DNA of 32,000 nucleotides from positions 2,190,001 through 2,222,000 of the forward strand of contig NC_006138.1 in NCBI RefSeq assembly GCF_000025945.1. Direction: 5' to 3'. A program made the translations under genes and the position numbers. Shown piece after piece: positions 1 through 9,164 of the stretch. This DNA is from Desulfotalea psychrophila LSv54 (GTDB taxonomy: Bacteria; Desulfobacterota; Desulfobulbia; Desulfobulbales; Desulfocapsaceae). The notes below the pieces were generated by a model that had not been told where the DNA came from, did no database searches, and worked only from the letters and a program-made list of their open reading frames with translations. Each line of letters starts with the position of its first letter. Position 1 is the first letter of the stretch.

Positions 1-2
1 CT

Positions 3-28
3 AAAAAAAAAATTGCCCTTCTGAGCAA
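3..28 (-). terminator. putative rho-independent terminator downstream of recJ
   Basis: On the minus strand, stem ttgctc/gggcaa (6 bp including one G-U) with loop agaa. It is followed by a run of 10 T (plus-strand A-run 3-12) and lies about 25 nt after the recJ stop. Confidence 0.55.
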
Positions 29-51
29 AACAGAGCGAATCACATTAATTG

Positions 52-1710
52 TTATAAGATATCGAGGATACGAGCCTGCCAGCTGACCCTCTCTTTAAAA
101 CGATTAATGGTAGGAGTAAAAATTATTTTCACCGTTGAGCCGGCAATGACGTTCCGTCCCTTTTCACCAAGGTTAAAGCCGATGGCCTTTATATTGTCGC
201 CGTATTTCCCTCTGATTGTCAGCTGCAGATGCTCTTTACTCTGACCTACGGGTCTTGCTGCGACGATAAGGGCGTGGGCATCATAAAATGTTGGTTGAGG
301 ATTTCCTGGACCGAATGGTTCCATTTTTTGGTAGAGGGCTAAGCTGTCCGGGTTGAAAACCTGCTCAACGGAGGCGTCAAGCTCATATCTGCTTTCCTGC
401 TTAATCTCCTTCACCTCTGCCCTCTGTAGATTCTCTACAAATGCCGACCTGAAGGCGGCAAAATTGAGCGGGGACATGCTCATGCCGGCGGCCATTTTAT
501 GACCACCAAATTTTTTTAACAGAAAAGAGGTCTCGGTTATTACATCGAGAATATTAATTTCCTCGATGGAGCGGGCTGAACCCTTAAGGTCGCCATCCGC
601 AGCCCGAGAAAAAACTATTGCCGGTAGATGAAAACGATCCACCAGCCTGGATGCCAGTATCCCTAAAATTCCTTCAAAAAAGTCACCCTCAACAATAATG
701 CAAGCATCTGCCTTGATCGTCTCTATATGGAGAAGTGTCTCTATCTCAGCCATATTTTCTTTACAGAGTAACTTCCTGTCGTTGTTGAGCTTGGTCAGCG
801 TTTTGGCAATTTTATAGGCCGGTTCTGCCTCTTTACTTGTCAATAACTCTACAACTTGATGGGCCACACCATACCTGCCCGCGGCATTGACCTTGGGTGC
901 CAGATTAAAGCCGATATCATCTGAGGTTACCGAGCCATCGGCAATGTCAGATGACTCTAGCAATGCCTGTAGGCCAATAAATTCTGTGCGGGCAAATGAC
1001 TCTACCCCGGCCTTAACCAGGAGCCGATTTACAGGGGTGAGGGGGACAACATCGGCCAGGGTGCCAAAGGCGACAAAGCCGAGAAAGGATTTTAAATTTG
1101 GCGTAGATTGGCTGTATTTGCCATTCAGCTCACCTGAGACAAGGGCATTGCGAACACCTGCAACCAGATAGAAGGCAACCCCAACCCCTGCCAGAGATGT
1201 CCCATAAAAGGGGCATTTTTCGTTACTGGGATTTAATACTGTACAGTTGGGAACTCTTTTGGGTAGTTGGTGGTGATCGGTGACAATTACTCTGCCGCCC
1301 CTCTTCTTTATGGCCTCTATTTCAGTAGCGTTAGAGATACCGCAATCTACGGTAATGAGAAGAAAGTGCTCCTCCGCCCAAGGAAGATTTTGAAAATAGG
1401 TAAGGTTTAGACCGTAGCCCTCGGTAAGCCTACTGGGGATATGCCAGTAGACCTTAACGTCTATCCTCTCAAAAAAATTTACCAGAATCGAGGTCCCCGT
1501 CGTGCCATCGACATCATAGTCACCCCAGATAAGAATGGGCAGACCTTCATCTATGGCCCGGAGAACTTCTGCCACGGCCTCCTTCATGCCCAGCATGGTA
1601 AAAGGGTGTGGCAGAGAGGAGAGCCGGGGGGAGAGAAATTCTTCTATTGCCTGCGCCTCTTGGTATCCTCGCAGAGAGAGGATCTGTTCGATTGGATTTT
1701 TTCTGGACAC
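52..1710 (-). CDS. recJ: single-stranded-DNA-specific exonuclease RecJ
   Basis: 552-aa ORF with DHH-family motifs (GDYDVDGTTG, VTDHHQ) and a DHHA1-like GGHKMAAG. It starts 9 nt after miaA. Confidence 0.9.
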   Translation of the reverse strand: MSRKNPIEQILSLRGYQEAQAIEEFLSPRLSSLPHPFTMLGMKEAVAEVLRAIDEGLPILIWGDYDVDGTTGTSILVNFFERIDVKVYWHIPSRLTEGYGLNLTYFQNLPWAEEHFLLITVDCGISNATEIEAIKKRGGRVIVTDHHQLPKRVPNCTVLNPSNEKCPFYGTSLAGVGVAFYLVAGVRNALVSGELNGKYSQSTPNLKSFLGFVAFGTLADVVPLTPVNRLLVKAGVESFARTEFIGLQALLESSDIADGSVTSDDIGFNLAPKVNAAGRYGVAHQVVELLTSKEAEPAYKIAKTLTKLNNDRKLLCKENMAEIETLLHIETIKADACIIVEGDFFEGILGILASRLVDRFHLPAIVFSRAADGDLKGSARSIEEINILDVITETSFLLKKFGGHKMAAGMSMSPLNFAAFRSAFVENLQRAEVKEIKQESRYELDASVEQVFNPDSLALYQKMEPFGPGNPQPTFYDAHALIVAARPVGQSKEHLQLTIRGKYGDNIKAIGFNLGEKGRNVIAGSTVKIIFTPTINRFKERVSWQARILDIL

Positions 1711-1719
1711 CGCGTTCTC

Positions 1720-2664
1720 CTAGAGATTTTTACTTAACTGGTCTTCAAGCCACTGCCCTACCCTATCTACAATTTCAGCTTTACTCTCTTTTTGATACCA
1801 GTGTAGATCTTCATCTTTATTAAACCAGGTGTACTGTCGCTTTGCGTATCTTCTTGTGTCCCGAGCCAGGAGGGTCTTCATCTCTTCAAATTCCCAGTCA
1901 CCAAAGATAAAATTAGCCATATGCTTATATCCAATGGAACCCATGGATCTGAGTTCCCGGGAGTAACCCATATCAAGAAGTCCTCTTACCTCTTCTTCTA
2001 AACCTGCATCAAGCATGATTTGGGTACGCATATTGATGCGATCATAGAGGAGGGGGCGATCACAGGTGAGACCTATCTGTAACATATTGGCAAACTGGTT
2101 CTCCGGTTTGTGTTGGGAGAGAAGCTGGGACCATGGTTTTCCAGTAATGGCAAAAATTTCAAGTGCTCGCATTACCCGGTAAGAGTCGTTGGGATGCAGG
2201 CGCTGAGCAGAGAGAGGATCCAGTTGCTCCAGCCTGGCATGCATCTCTTCCGGGCCAAGATTGTCAAGTTCTTCTTGAAGCCTTTCCCGGACGGCACTGT
2301 CACTGGGAGGGCCCTCAAAAAAACCCTTGGTCAGGCTCTGCAGATAGAGACCTGTCCCGCCGGTGACAAGGGGAATATGGCCACGGGCGTGGATCTCGGT
2401 AATGGTGCGTAGTGCATCTCGACAGTACATTGAGGCATCATAGTGCTCGTCAGGCTCGACAATATCAAGGAGATGATGGGGGACCTCCCCCTGCTCCTCC
2501 TTGCTGATCTTTGCCGTGCCAATGTCCATATGACGATAGACTTGCATGGAGTCCATGGAGACAACTTCACAGCTAAACTGACGTGCCAGCTGAAGAGATA
2601 GTGCCGTCTTGCCAATTGCGGTGGGACCAACAAGGACAAGGACTGGTTGTTTTATTTTTTCCAT
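1720..2664 (-). CDS. miaA: tRNA dimethylallyltransferase
   Basis: 314-aa ORF with N-terminal P-loop LVGPTAIGKT. Length and overall pattern are typical of MiaA (IPP transferase). Confidence 0.9.
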   Translation of the reverse strand: MEKIKQPVLVLVGPTAIGKTALSLQLARQFSCEVVSMDSMQVYRHMDIGTAKISKEEQGEVPHHLLDIVEPDEHYDASMYCRDALRTITEIHARGHIPLVTGGTGLYLQSLTKGFFEGPPSDSAVRERLQEELDNLGPEEMHARLEQLDPLSAQRLHPNDSYRVMRALEIFAITGKPWSQLLSQHKPENQFANMLQIGLTCDRPLLYDRINMRTQIMLDAGLEEEVRGLLDMGYSRELRSMGSIGYKHMANFIFGDWEFEEMKTLLARDTRRYAKRQYTWFNKDEDLHWYQKESKAEIVDRVGQWLEDQLSKNL

Positions 2665-2678
2665 ATTATGCGATGAAC

Positions 2679-3128
2679 CTAGGGATGTTGAAATGAAAGA
2701 TAGCGACCGATCTTTTGGGCTCGACTGGCACCAATGCCTGAAACCCGGCGAAGTGACTCCGGACTATCATATACTCCGTTCCGTCCTCTCTCTTCAACAA
2801 TTCTTTGTCCCAGGGCGGGACCAATGCCAGGAATAGTTTGCAGGAGTTCAGTTGTTGCCATGTTTACAGGAATGGGGGCAAAGAGCAGGGGCAGGAGTAC
2901 CATGCTTTTCTCATTGATCGGAGCACTGGCATCCGTCTCCGCCTGGACAATAATCAATTCGTCATAGTTTATCTGTAGGGAGAGCTGCTCTGTCTCCTCT
3001 TGCTCCAGGAAAAAGAGAAGGGGGTGAATAAACATTAGGAGAGCTACAAAAACAAGGAGATAAATTCTGCCATCATAGTTGCCGGCCATGATGGTCTGCC
3101 ATATATTTTTCATTGCCACCACCTTCAC
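2679..3128 (-). CDS. ComEA-family helix-hairpin-helix DNA-binding protein
   Basis: 149-aa ORF with an N-terminal hydrophobic helix. The C-terminus has tandem HhH motifs (LLQTIPGIGPALGQRIVE and LRRVSGIGASRAQKI). The exact start (M1 or M6) is uncertain. Confidence 0.6.
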   Translation of the reverse strand: MKVVAMKNIWQTIMAGNYDGRIYLLVFVALLMFIHPLLFFLEQEETEQLSLQINYDELIIVQAETDASAPINEKSMVLLPLLFAPIPVNMATTELLQTIPGIGPALGQRIVEERGRNGVYDSPESLRRVSGIGASRAQKIGRYLSFQHP

Positions 3129-3247
3129 AGCTTATTTCCTTGCCTTATGGCAAAGCTCCAGAGTATAAAATTTTACCTCGTTAAGGAAAATGTAGCATAA
3201 ATAGAGGCAAAATATAATTTAAATGAGCCATCTCTCATGATGGTGAA

Positions 3248-3745
3248 ATGACAACATACAGGTGCCCTACCGTGGACTACACATCCCATCTTAATATTGT
3301 TCTTGTCGAACCGGAAATTCCACCCAATACAGGCTCAATTGCCAGGCTTTGCGGTGCGACAAACGCCATCCTTCATCTTGTTCATCCCCTGGGCTTTTCA
3401 ACCGACGATAAACACCTGCGTAGAGCTGGGCTTGATTATTGGAAATTTGTCAACATTGTCTATTGGGAGAGCTTTGAGGCCTTTTTGAGTCAATGTGATA
3501 AGGATAATATGTACTTCTTTACTACCAAGACAGAGAAGAGCTATACAGAGGCCAAATTTAAACAGGGAGATTTTCTTATCTTTGGTAAAGAGACAAAGGG
3601 CTTGCCCAAACCGATACTTGATCTCCATCCCGATCGTTGTTTGACTCTGCCGATGCCAAACCCCAATATTCGCAGTCTTAACCTGGCAATGACCGCAGGA
3701 ATTGTTCTTTATGAGGCCATGCGTCAGGTTGGCGAAAACGTATAA
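3248..3745 (+). CDS. trmL: tRNA (cytidine/uridine-2'-O)-methyltransferase, SpoU/TrmL type
   Basis: 165-aa ORF. LNIVLVEPEIPPNTGSIARLC closely resembles the E. coli TrmL N-terminus, and the size fits TrmL. Confidence 0.8.
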   Translation: MTTYRCPTVDYTSHLNIVLVEPEIPPNTGSIARLCGATNAILHLVHPLGFSTDDKHLRRAGLDYWKFVNIVYWESFEAFLSQCDKDNMYFFTTKTEKSYTEAKFKQGDFLIFGKETKGLPKPILDLHPDRCLTLPMPNPNIRSLNLAMTAGIVLYEAMRQVGENV

Positions 3746-3880
3746 TCGTTGCTCCTCTTTACGTTTTCAACAAGAAAGAGAGACAAACAGCAGATATAAT
3801 GTTAGATTGCACTGTTTTTAGCAAGCAAAGGCTTCTTCTGTTTGAAGCCAATATAATTAATCCATAAGGAGAGTAATACG

Positions 3881-4966
3881 ATGGCTGATCGCGTATATAA
3901 TTTCAGTGCTGGTCCGGCAACCCTTCCCTTTGAAGTTTTAGAGCAGGCAGGAAAAGATATTGTCAATTTCAAGGAGACTGGTAGTGGCCTCATCGAAATT
4001 AGCCATCGTTCGCCGGAGTTTATTGAGGTTATAGAGAAGACAGAATCTCTTGTACGTGAATTACTTGAGGTTCCAGATAATTACAAGGTGCTCTTTCTTC
4101 AAGGTGGTGCTTCGAGCCAGTTTTTTATGGTGCCGATGAATCTGCTTGGCGCGGGTAAAAAGGCAACTTATCTCAATACCGGTACCTGGGCTAAAAAGGC
4201 TATCAAAGAGGCACAACTCTTTGGTGATATTGATGTCGCCTACTCTTCCGAGGAGAGTATCTTCAATCATGTACCTGCAAACGATGCCTATCAGGTTGCT
4301 GAGGAGAGCGAATATCTCTACTTTGCCTCTAATAACACCATCTATGGTACCCAATTTGAGACTATGCCACAGAGTAAGAAGATGCTTGTGGCTGATATGT
4401 CTTCCGATATTTTTTCCCGTAAGGTGGATGTTAGCAAATTTGGCCTTATCTTTGCTGGGGCCCAGAAAAATCTTGGACCAGCAGGTGTTACTCTGGTTAT
4501 TATTCGTGACGATCTCTTGGAGAAAACTCCTGCTCACACCCCTACCATGTTAAGCTATAAGACCCATGCCGATAAGGGCTCTATGTTTAACACTCCCCCA
4601 TGCTTTGCCATTTATGTAATGGGAGAGGTTCTTGCGTGGTTGAAGAATCTTGGTGGTGTTGAAAAAATAGAGGAAATTAACAGAGAAAAGGCTGCTCTGC
4701 TTTACTCACAGATAGATGCCAGTGATTATTATCGGGTTCACGCTCAGGACGGATCCCGTTCTCTGATGAATGTTACCTTTAATTTGCCAACGGCTGAGCT
4801 TGAAGCAAAGTTCATCGCTGAGGCTTCAGCCTTACAGATGAAGGGTCTTAAGGGTCATCGCTCTATTGGCGGTTGCCGTGCTTCTATCTACAATGCCTTT
4901 CCACGTGAAGGTGTGGTGAAGCTTGTTGAGTTTATGCAGGTATTTGCTGCAAATAACCCAGCGTAA
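3881..4966 (+). CDS. serC: phosphoserine aminotransferase
   Basis: 361-aa ORF with YNFSAGPATLP near the N-terminus and GHRSIGGCRASIYNA near the C-terminus, both SerC hallmarks. A strong SD (AAGGAGAG) lies upstream. Confidence 0.92.
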   Translation: MADRVYNFSAGPATLPFEVLEQAGKDIVNFKETGSGLIEISHRSPEFIEVIEKTESLVRELLEVPDNYKVLFLQGGASSQFFMVPMNLLGAGKKATYLNTGTWAKKAIKEAQLFGDIDVAYSSEESIFNHVPANDAYQVAEESEYLYFASNNTIYGTQFETMPQSKKMLVADMSSDIFSRKVDVSKFGLIFAGAQKNLGPAGVTLVIIRDDLLEKTPAHTPTMLSYKTHADKGSMFNTPPCFAIYVMGEVLAWLKNLGGVEKIEEINREKAALLYSQIDASDYYRVHAQDGSRSLMNVTFNLPTAELEAKFIAEASALQMKGLKGHRSIGGCRASIYNAFPREGVVKLVEFMQVFAANNPA

Positions 4967-4973
4967 AGATTTT

Positions 4974-5002
4974 AAGCCCCTTGCTCAAACGAGGGGCTTT
5001 TT
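4974..5002 (+). terminator. rho-independent terminator-like hairpin after serC
   Basis: Stem aagcccctt (4974-4982) pairs with gaggggctt (4991-4999). The loop is gctcaaac and the T-run covers 4998-5002. It begins 8 nt after the serC stop. Confidence 0.65.
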
Positions 5003-5006
5003 CCCT

Positions 5007-5876
5007 ATGGATTACGTCGGCACTATAATTCGCCCGCCCAGTGAGGCCCACTCTCTTCTCCTGCAAATAAGCCTTGGCTGTTCTCATAATGGTTGCACTT
5101 TTTGCGGGGCATATAGGGATAAAAGGTTCAGGGCAAAGCCAATAGAAACTGTCCTGGGAGATATCGAAAAGGCCCGTACCCTTTTGCCTTCCCCTACAAG
5201 TTTGTTTTTGGCAGATGGTGATGCCCTTGCCCTCCCCCAGATGCATCTGCTTAAAATACTCTGTGCCATTAAGGATAAACTTCCCTGGGTAAAACGGATT
5301 AATTCCTATGCCTCCCCTCGTTCTCTATTGCAAAAAACTACAAATCAGTTAATAAGGCTGAGGAAGTTAGGACTCAGCCGGATCTATCTGGGCCTGGAAA
5401 GTGGCGCAGATGAGGTACTTTGTTCTGTAAACAAGGGTGCCTGTGCGAGTCAAATAATAGAAGGTGGCAAAAAAGCCCTTGATTCAGGTCTGTATCTTTC
5501 CACAAGTATCATTCTTGGTCTTGGTGGGAAACGCTACAGTAAACTTCATGCTCAGAAAACGGCAGAGGCCCTCAGTATTCTCAGGCCTCAACATATTGCC
5601 GCCCTTACCCTGATGATTTTGCCAGAGACGCCCCTTGCCCATAGCTATGCAGGCAAGGAGTTTTTGCCACTGAGTTCCCATGAAATTCTGCAGGAACTGA
5701 AATGGCTTGTTGCAGGTATAGACGTTGACAAAGCTCAGTTTCATGCAAATCATGCATCTAACCATCTGCATCTTTCGGGCAAATTACCGAGGGATAAAGA
5801 AAATTTCATTCATTTGATTGACAGGGCCTGTGCGGGCAAACTGCCACTCATGCCTGATTATATGAGGTCGCTTTAA
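5007..5876 (+). CDS. radical SAM protein of unknown function (CX4CX2C cluster motif)
   Basis: Motif LGCSHNGCTFCGAY plus a later LGLESG-type glycine-rich region. I place the start at ATG 5007 (MDYVGTIIRPPSEA) because the longer ORF from 4923 overlaps the serC 3' end and the terminator hairpin. Confidence 0.75.
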   Translation: MDYVGTIIRPPSEAHSLLLQISLGCSHNGCTFCGAYRDKRFRAKPIETVLGDIEKARTLLPSPTSLFLADGDALALPQMHLLKILCAIKDKLPWVKRINSYASPRSLLQKTTNQLIRLRKLGLSRIYLGLESGADEVLCSVNKGACASQIIEGGKKALDSGLYLSTSIILGLGGKRYSKLHAQKTAEALSILRPQHIAALTLMILPETPLAHSYAGKEFLPLSSHEILQELKWLVAGIDVDKAQFHANHASNHLHLSGKLPRDKENFIHLIDRACAGKLPLMPDYMRSL

Positions 5877-6964
5877 TGCAGGAAGAGATAACTACAAATA
5901 GAGAAAAAATAGATCTTAAAAATTTAAGTCAAGATCAGCTTGTTGAATTTGCTGAAAAACTAGGACAGCCTGCCTTTCGTGGTCGGCAAATTATGTCCTG
6001 GCTTTATCGCCCTGAAGTACGGGACTTTGAGCAGATGACAGATCTTGCCAAGGTTTTTCGGAAGCTGCTTGCCGAAAATTCTTTCTTTTCTCACTTCGAT
6101 GATCCCATCATTGAACGGGCAAAGGACGGTTGTGTTAAATTTGGTTTTCGCCTTCATGACGGCCATGTCATAGAAACTGTTCTTATTCCGGAGCCGGACC
6201 GTAATACCCTCTGTATTTCATCCCAGGTAGGTTGTGCGATGAAATGTACCTTCTGCATGACAGGTGGCATGGGCTTTACCCGTAATCTGACACCTTCTGA
6301 GATTGTTAATCAGGTATGTGCTGCTCGGGATTTTCTGGCAAACGAACCAGCCGACAAGCTTATCGGTCCTGACCGTGTTACCAATGTGGTTTATATGGGA
6401 ATGGGGGAGCCATTGAATAATCTTGAAAATGTCCTCACCTCAATCTCCATTCTTACCGAACAAAAAGGGCTCGACCTTACGGGTCGAAGGATTACAGTCT
6501 CTACCTGTGGTATTGTTGCCAATATGGCTCGTCTTGGTCAGGAGGCACCGGTAAACCTCGCTATTTCCCTACATGCAGTGGATGATAAGACCCGAGACAT
6601 GTTAATGCCTGTCAATAACCGTTATCCTCTTGATGAGTTGCTTGAAGCCTGTCGTACCTACCCCATGGGCAAGAGACGCAGGATTATGTTTGAGTACATC
6701 ATGTTGGCAGGAATTAATGATTCAGATACAGAGGCCCGAACCCTTGCCCGTAAACTGCAGGAAATACCCTGTAAGATAAATTTAATCCCATATAATGAAA
6801 GTCCCGGACTTCCCTATAAGAGTCCAGGCATGAAGAGAATACTCTCCTTTCAGAATATACTTCGAGAGGCAAATTATTCGGTCTTTATTAGAAATAGTCG
6901 TGGTGAAGATATTGCTGCTGCCTGTGGACAGCTTGCCACCGATGAAACTACGAAGCAGAGCTAG
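5876..6964 (+). CDS. rlmN: 23S rRNA/tRNA adenine C2-methyltransferase RlmN (radical SAM)
   Basis: 362-aa ORF with CAMKCTFCMTG (CX3CX2C), GMGEPL and a conserved C-terminal AACGQL. Its ATG overlaps the upstream TAA by 1 nt (TAATG). Confidence 0.92.
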   Translation: MQEEITTNREKIDLKNLSQDQLVEFAEKLGQPAFRGRQIMSWLYRPEVRDFEQMTDLAKVFRKLLAENSFFSHFDDPIIERAKDGCVKFGFRLHDGHVIETVLIPEPDRNTLCISSQVGCAMKCTFCMTGGMGFTRNLTPSEIVNQVCAARDFLANEPADKLIGPDRVTNVVYMGMGEPLNNLENVLTSISILTEQKGLDLTGRRITVSTCGIVANMARLGQEAPVNLAISLHAVDDKTRDMLMPVNNRYPLDELLEACRTYPMGKRRRIMFEYIMLAGINDSDTEARTLARKLQEIPCKINLIPYNESPGLPYKSPGMKRILSFQNILREANYSVFIRNSRGEDIAAACGQLATDETTKQS

Positions 6965-7008
6965 GGTGTGACGGGGAGGTCTTCCTCGCCACAACCTATT
7001 TAGGCGGC

Positions 7009-8169
7009 TTAGATCATGCTCAGGGCAAGGTCAGCCGCCTTTGCCGATGCGCCTGCTTCGCCAAGCAGGCCATGTACCTCACGAAGGCCCTTCCCTACCG
7101 CCACTCCCTTTGCCCCATATAATAGCTCTTTAATCTCAATACTTATTCGCTCTGGAGTAACCTCGTCCTGCAGAAGCTCTGTTACTACCTCTCGGCCGGC
7201 AATAAGATTTACCAGGGAAAAGAACTCTATCTTGACCAGTTTTCGTCCTACCCAATAAGAGATCGGTGAGGTGCGATAGACCACAAGCATAGGCACTTCA
7301 AGGATGGCAAGCTCCAGAGTCACCGTGCCGGAGGCTGCCACCACAGCATCACAACATGCCATAAGCTCATAGCGATCTTCGCTGATCACATGGATATCGA
7401 GTAGGTCTTGATATTCGGCAAGGCCATTTTCCAGGAGTTGTTCCCTGTCAATGGTTGCGGCAATGGGCAGTAGAAATGAAATTTTTTCACTACACTCGTC
7501 CTGTAGCCGCTTTGCCGCCCGAAGAAAATCTGGCAACAGGGCTGAAATTTCTTTTTCCCTGCTCCCGGGAAGAAGACCAACATATTTTGCCGCGGGCCCG
7601 ATCCTGTGCTTGGTGAGAAATTCTTCCCTTGAGAGTTTTATGCTGACGTTATCCAGAAGAGGATGGCCGACATAGCTTGCAGCCTGTCCCCGCTGGCGAA
7701 AGAACTCTTCTTCAAAGGGGAGGATAACTCCAAGTTGATCTGTTCGCTCTCCGATGGTTTTGATTCGTCCGGAACGCCAGGCCCAAACCTGCGGGGTAAT
7801 ATAGTAGAACACCGGGATACCGAGGGCTTTTGCCTTCTTGGCCAGCATCAAATTAAAATCCGGTAGATCGATGATGATAAGCAGGGCAGGCGGTTTATTT
7901 TTAAGCCGTCTTTGCAGGATTTTTTTGGCAGCAAAAATAGAGGGCAGATGCGAGAATACCTCCACTAGGCCAACAACGGAGATTTTTTTTGCATCGTAAA
8001 GAATTTCAACACCAAGTGAGGCAAGTTCAGGGCCACCCATCCCTGAAAAAGAGAGGGAGGAATCCTTTTCCTTAAGGGCCCGCACTAAATTTGCCCCATG
8101 GATATCTCCCGATGCCTCTCCGGTTACGACCATGATTTCTGAACCAGTTTCTCGTTTCTGCTTATCCAT
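7009..8169 (-). CDS. lpxB: lipid-A-disaccharide synthase
   Basis: 386-aa ORF. The N-terminal [19 protein letters not shown] is typical of LpxB, and the size fits a GT19-like protein. Confidence 0.9.
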
Positions 8170-8204
8170 AGTATCCCTAGATCTAAGTGCTGGATTTCTT
8201 TATC

Positions 8205-9164
8205 TTACAAAAAGGCAGGCTTTTGTTGCGTGGCCTTTACCTGGGCGATAACCTCTTGGGCTACAGCGAGGGCATTACGACCCTCTTTACCCGAAACTGC
8301 CGGCAGACTTCGGCTACGGGTATGACCAAGAAAGGTCTCTATTTCACTCTTCAGGGCGTCGGCTTGCTCAAAGACCTTGGTGGTGGTGGTGGATTCAGGC
8401 ATAACGTCCTGCTGCTTTTCACTGGTAAACTCGGTAACAGCTATTACTCTACTGGCAAAATCAATGTTTATAAAAGAGTTTTGCTGAAAAACACGCATCT
8501 TGCGACTGTTGCCTGAAGAGACTCTACTCACCGAAACATTGGCGGCCGCCCCGTTTTTAAAGACCAGGCGGGCGTTGGCTATATCTGTTGTCTTGGTGGC
8601 TAACTGGGCACCTATGCTGTGGATTGACTCCAAGGGGCTTTGGACAATGCTTAAAATAATATCAATATCATGTATCATTAAATCGAGAACAACATCCACA
8701 TCTGTCGCCCTGTTTTTAAATGTTGCGACCCGATGACTTTCTACAAAAACCGGCTTGTTAAGAAAGGGTTGCATGGCAATGATGGCAGGATTGAAACGCT
8801 CTAGGTGGCCAATTTGCAAGATGAGATTTTTCTCATTGGCAATGGCTATTAGCTCATCGGCCTCTTTCAGGGTGACCGTCATGGGCTTTTCAAGGAGCAC
8901 ATCTATTCCTGCCTGGAGGCAATCATGGGCAACATCATAGTGAGAAGAGGTGGGGACAACGATGGAAACAACATCGACTAAATCAAGAAGAGCATGATAG
9001 TCGGTGAAGGCTTTGCAGGAGCACTCCTCGGCTACTGCCTTCGCCTGTTCTCCATTTGGATCAACCACTCCAACAAGCTCTACGCCTTCAAGAGCGGCAT
9101 ATTTTTGGGCATGAAAACGTCCCAGATAACCAACACCAATAACAGCTGCCTTAATAATTTTCAT
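8205..9164 (-). CDS. Gfo/Idh/MocA-family NAD-dependent oxidoreductase (GnnA-like candidate)
   Basis: 319-aa ORF with an N-terminal Rossmann motif AAVIGVGYLGRFHA. It lies 35 nt upstream of lpxB on the same strand. Confidence 0.8.
   Translation of the reverse strand: MKIIKAAVIGVGYLGRFHAQKYAALEGVELVGVVDPNGEQAKAVAEECSCKAFTDYHALLDLVDVVSIVVPTSSHYDVAHDCLQAGIDVLLEKPMTVTLKEADELIAIANEKNLILQIGHLERFNPAIIAMQPFLNKPVFVESHRVATFKNRATDVDVVLDLMIHDIDIILSIVQSPLESIHSIGAQLATKTTDIANARLVFKNGAAANVSVSRVSSGNSRKMRVFQQNSFINIDFASRVIAVTEFTSEKQQDVMPESTTTTKVFEQADALKSEIETFLGHTRSRSLPAVSGKEGRNALAVAQEVIAQVKATQQKPAFL

Noticed and set aside
4923-5006. The 5' extension of the radical-SAM ORF in the six-frame track (MLSLCRYLLQITQRKDF...).
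   Set aside because: It overlaps the last 44 nt of serC and runs through the serC terminator hairpin. The conserved sequence begins at MDYVGTIIRPPSEA (ATG 5007).
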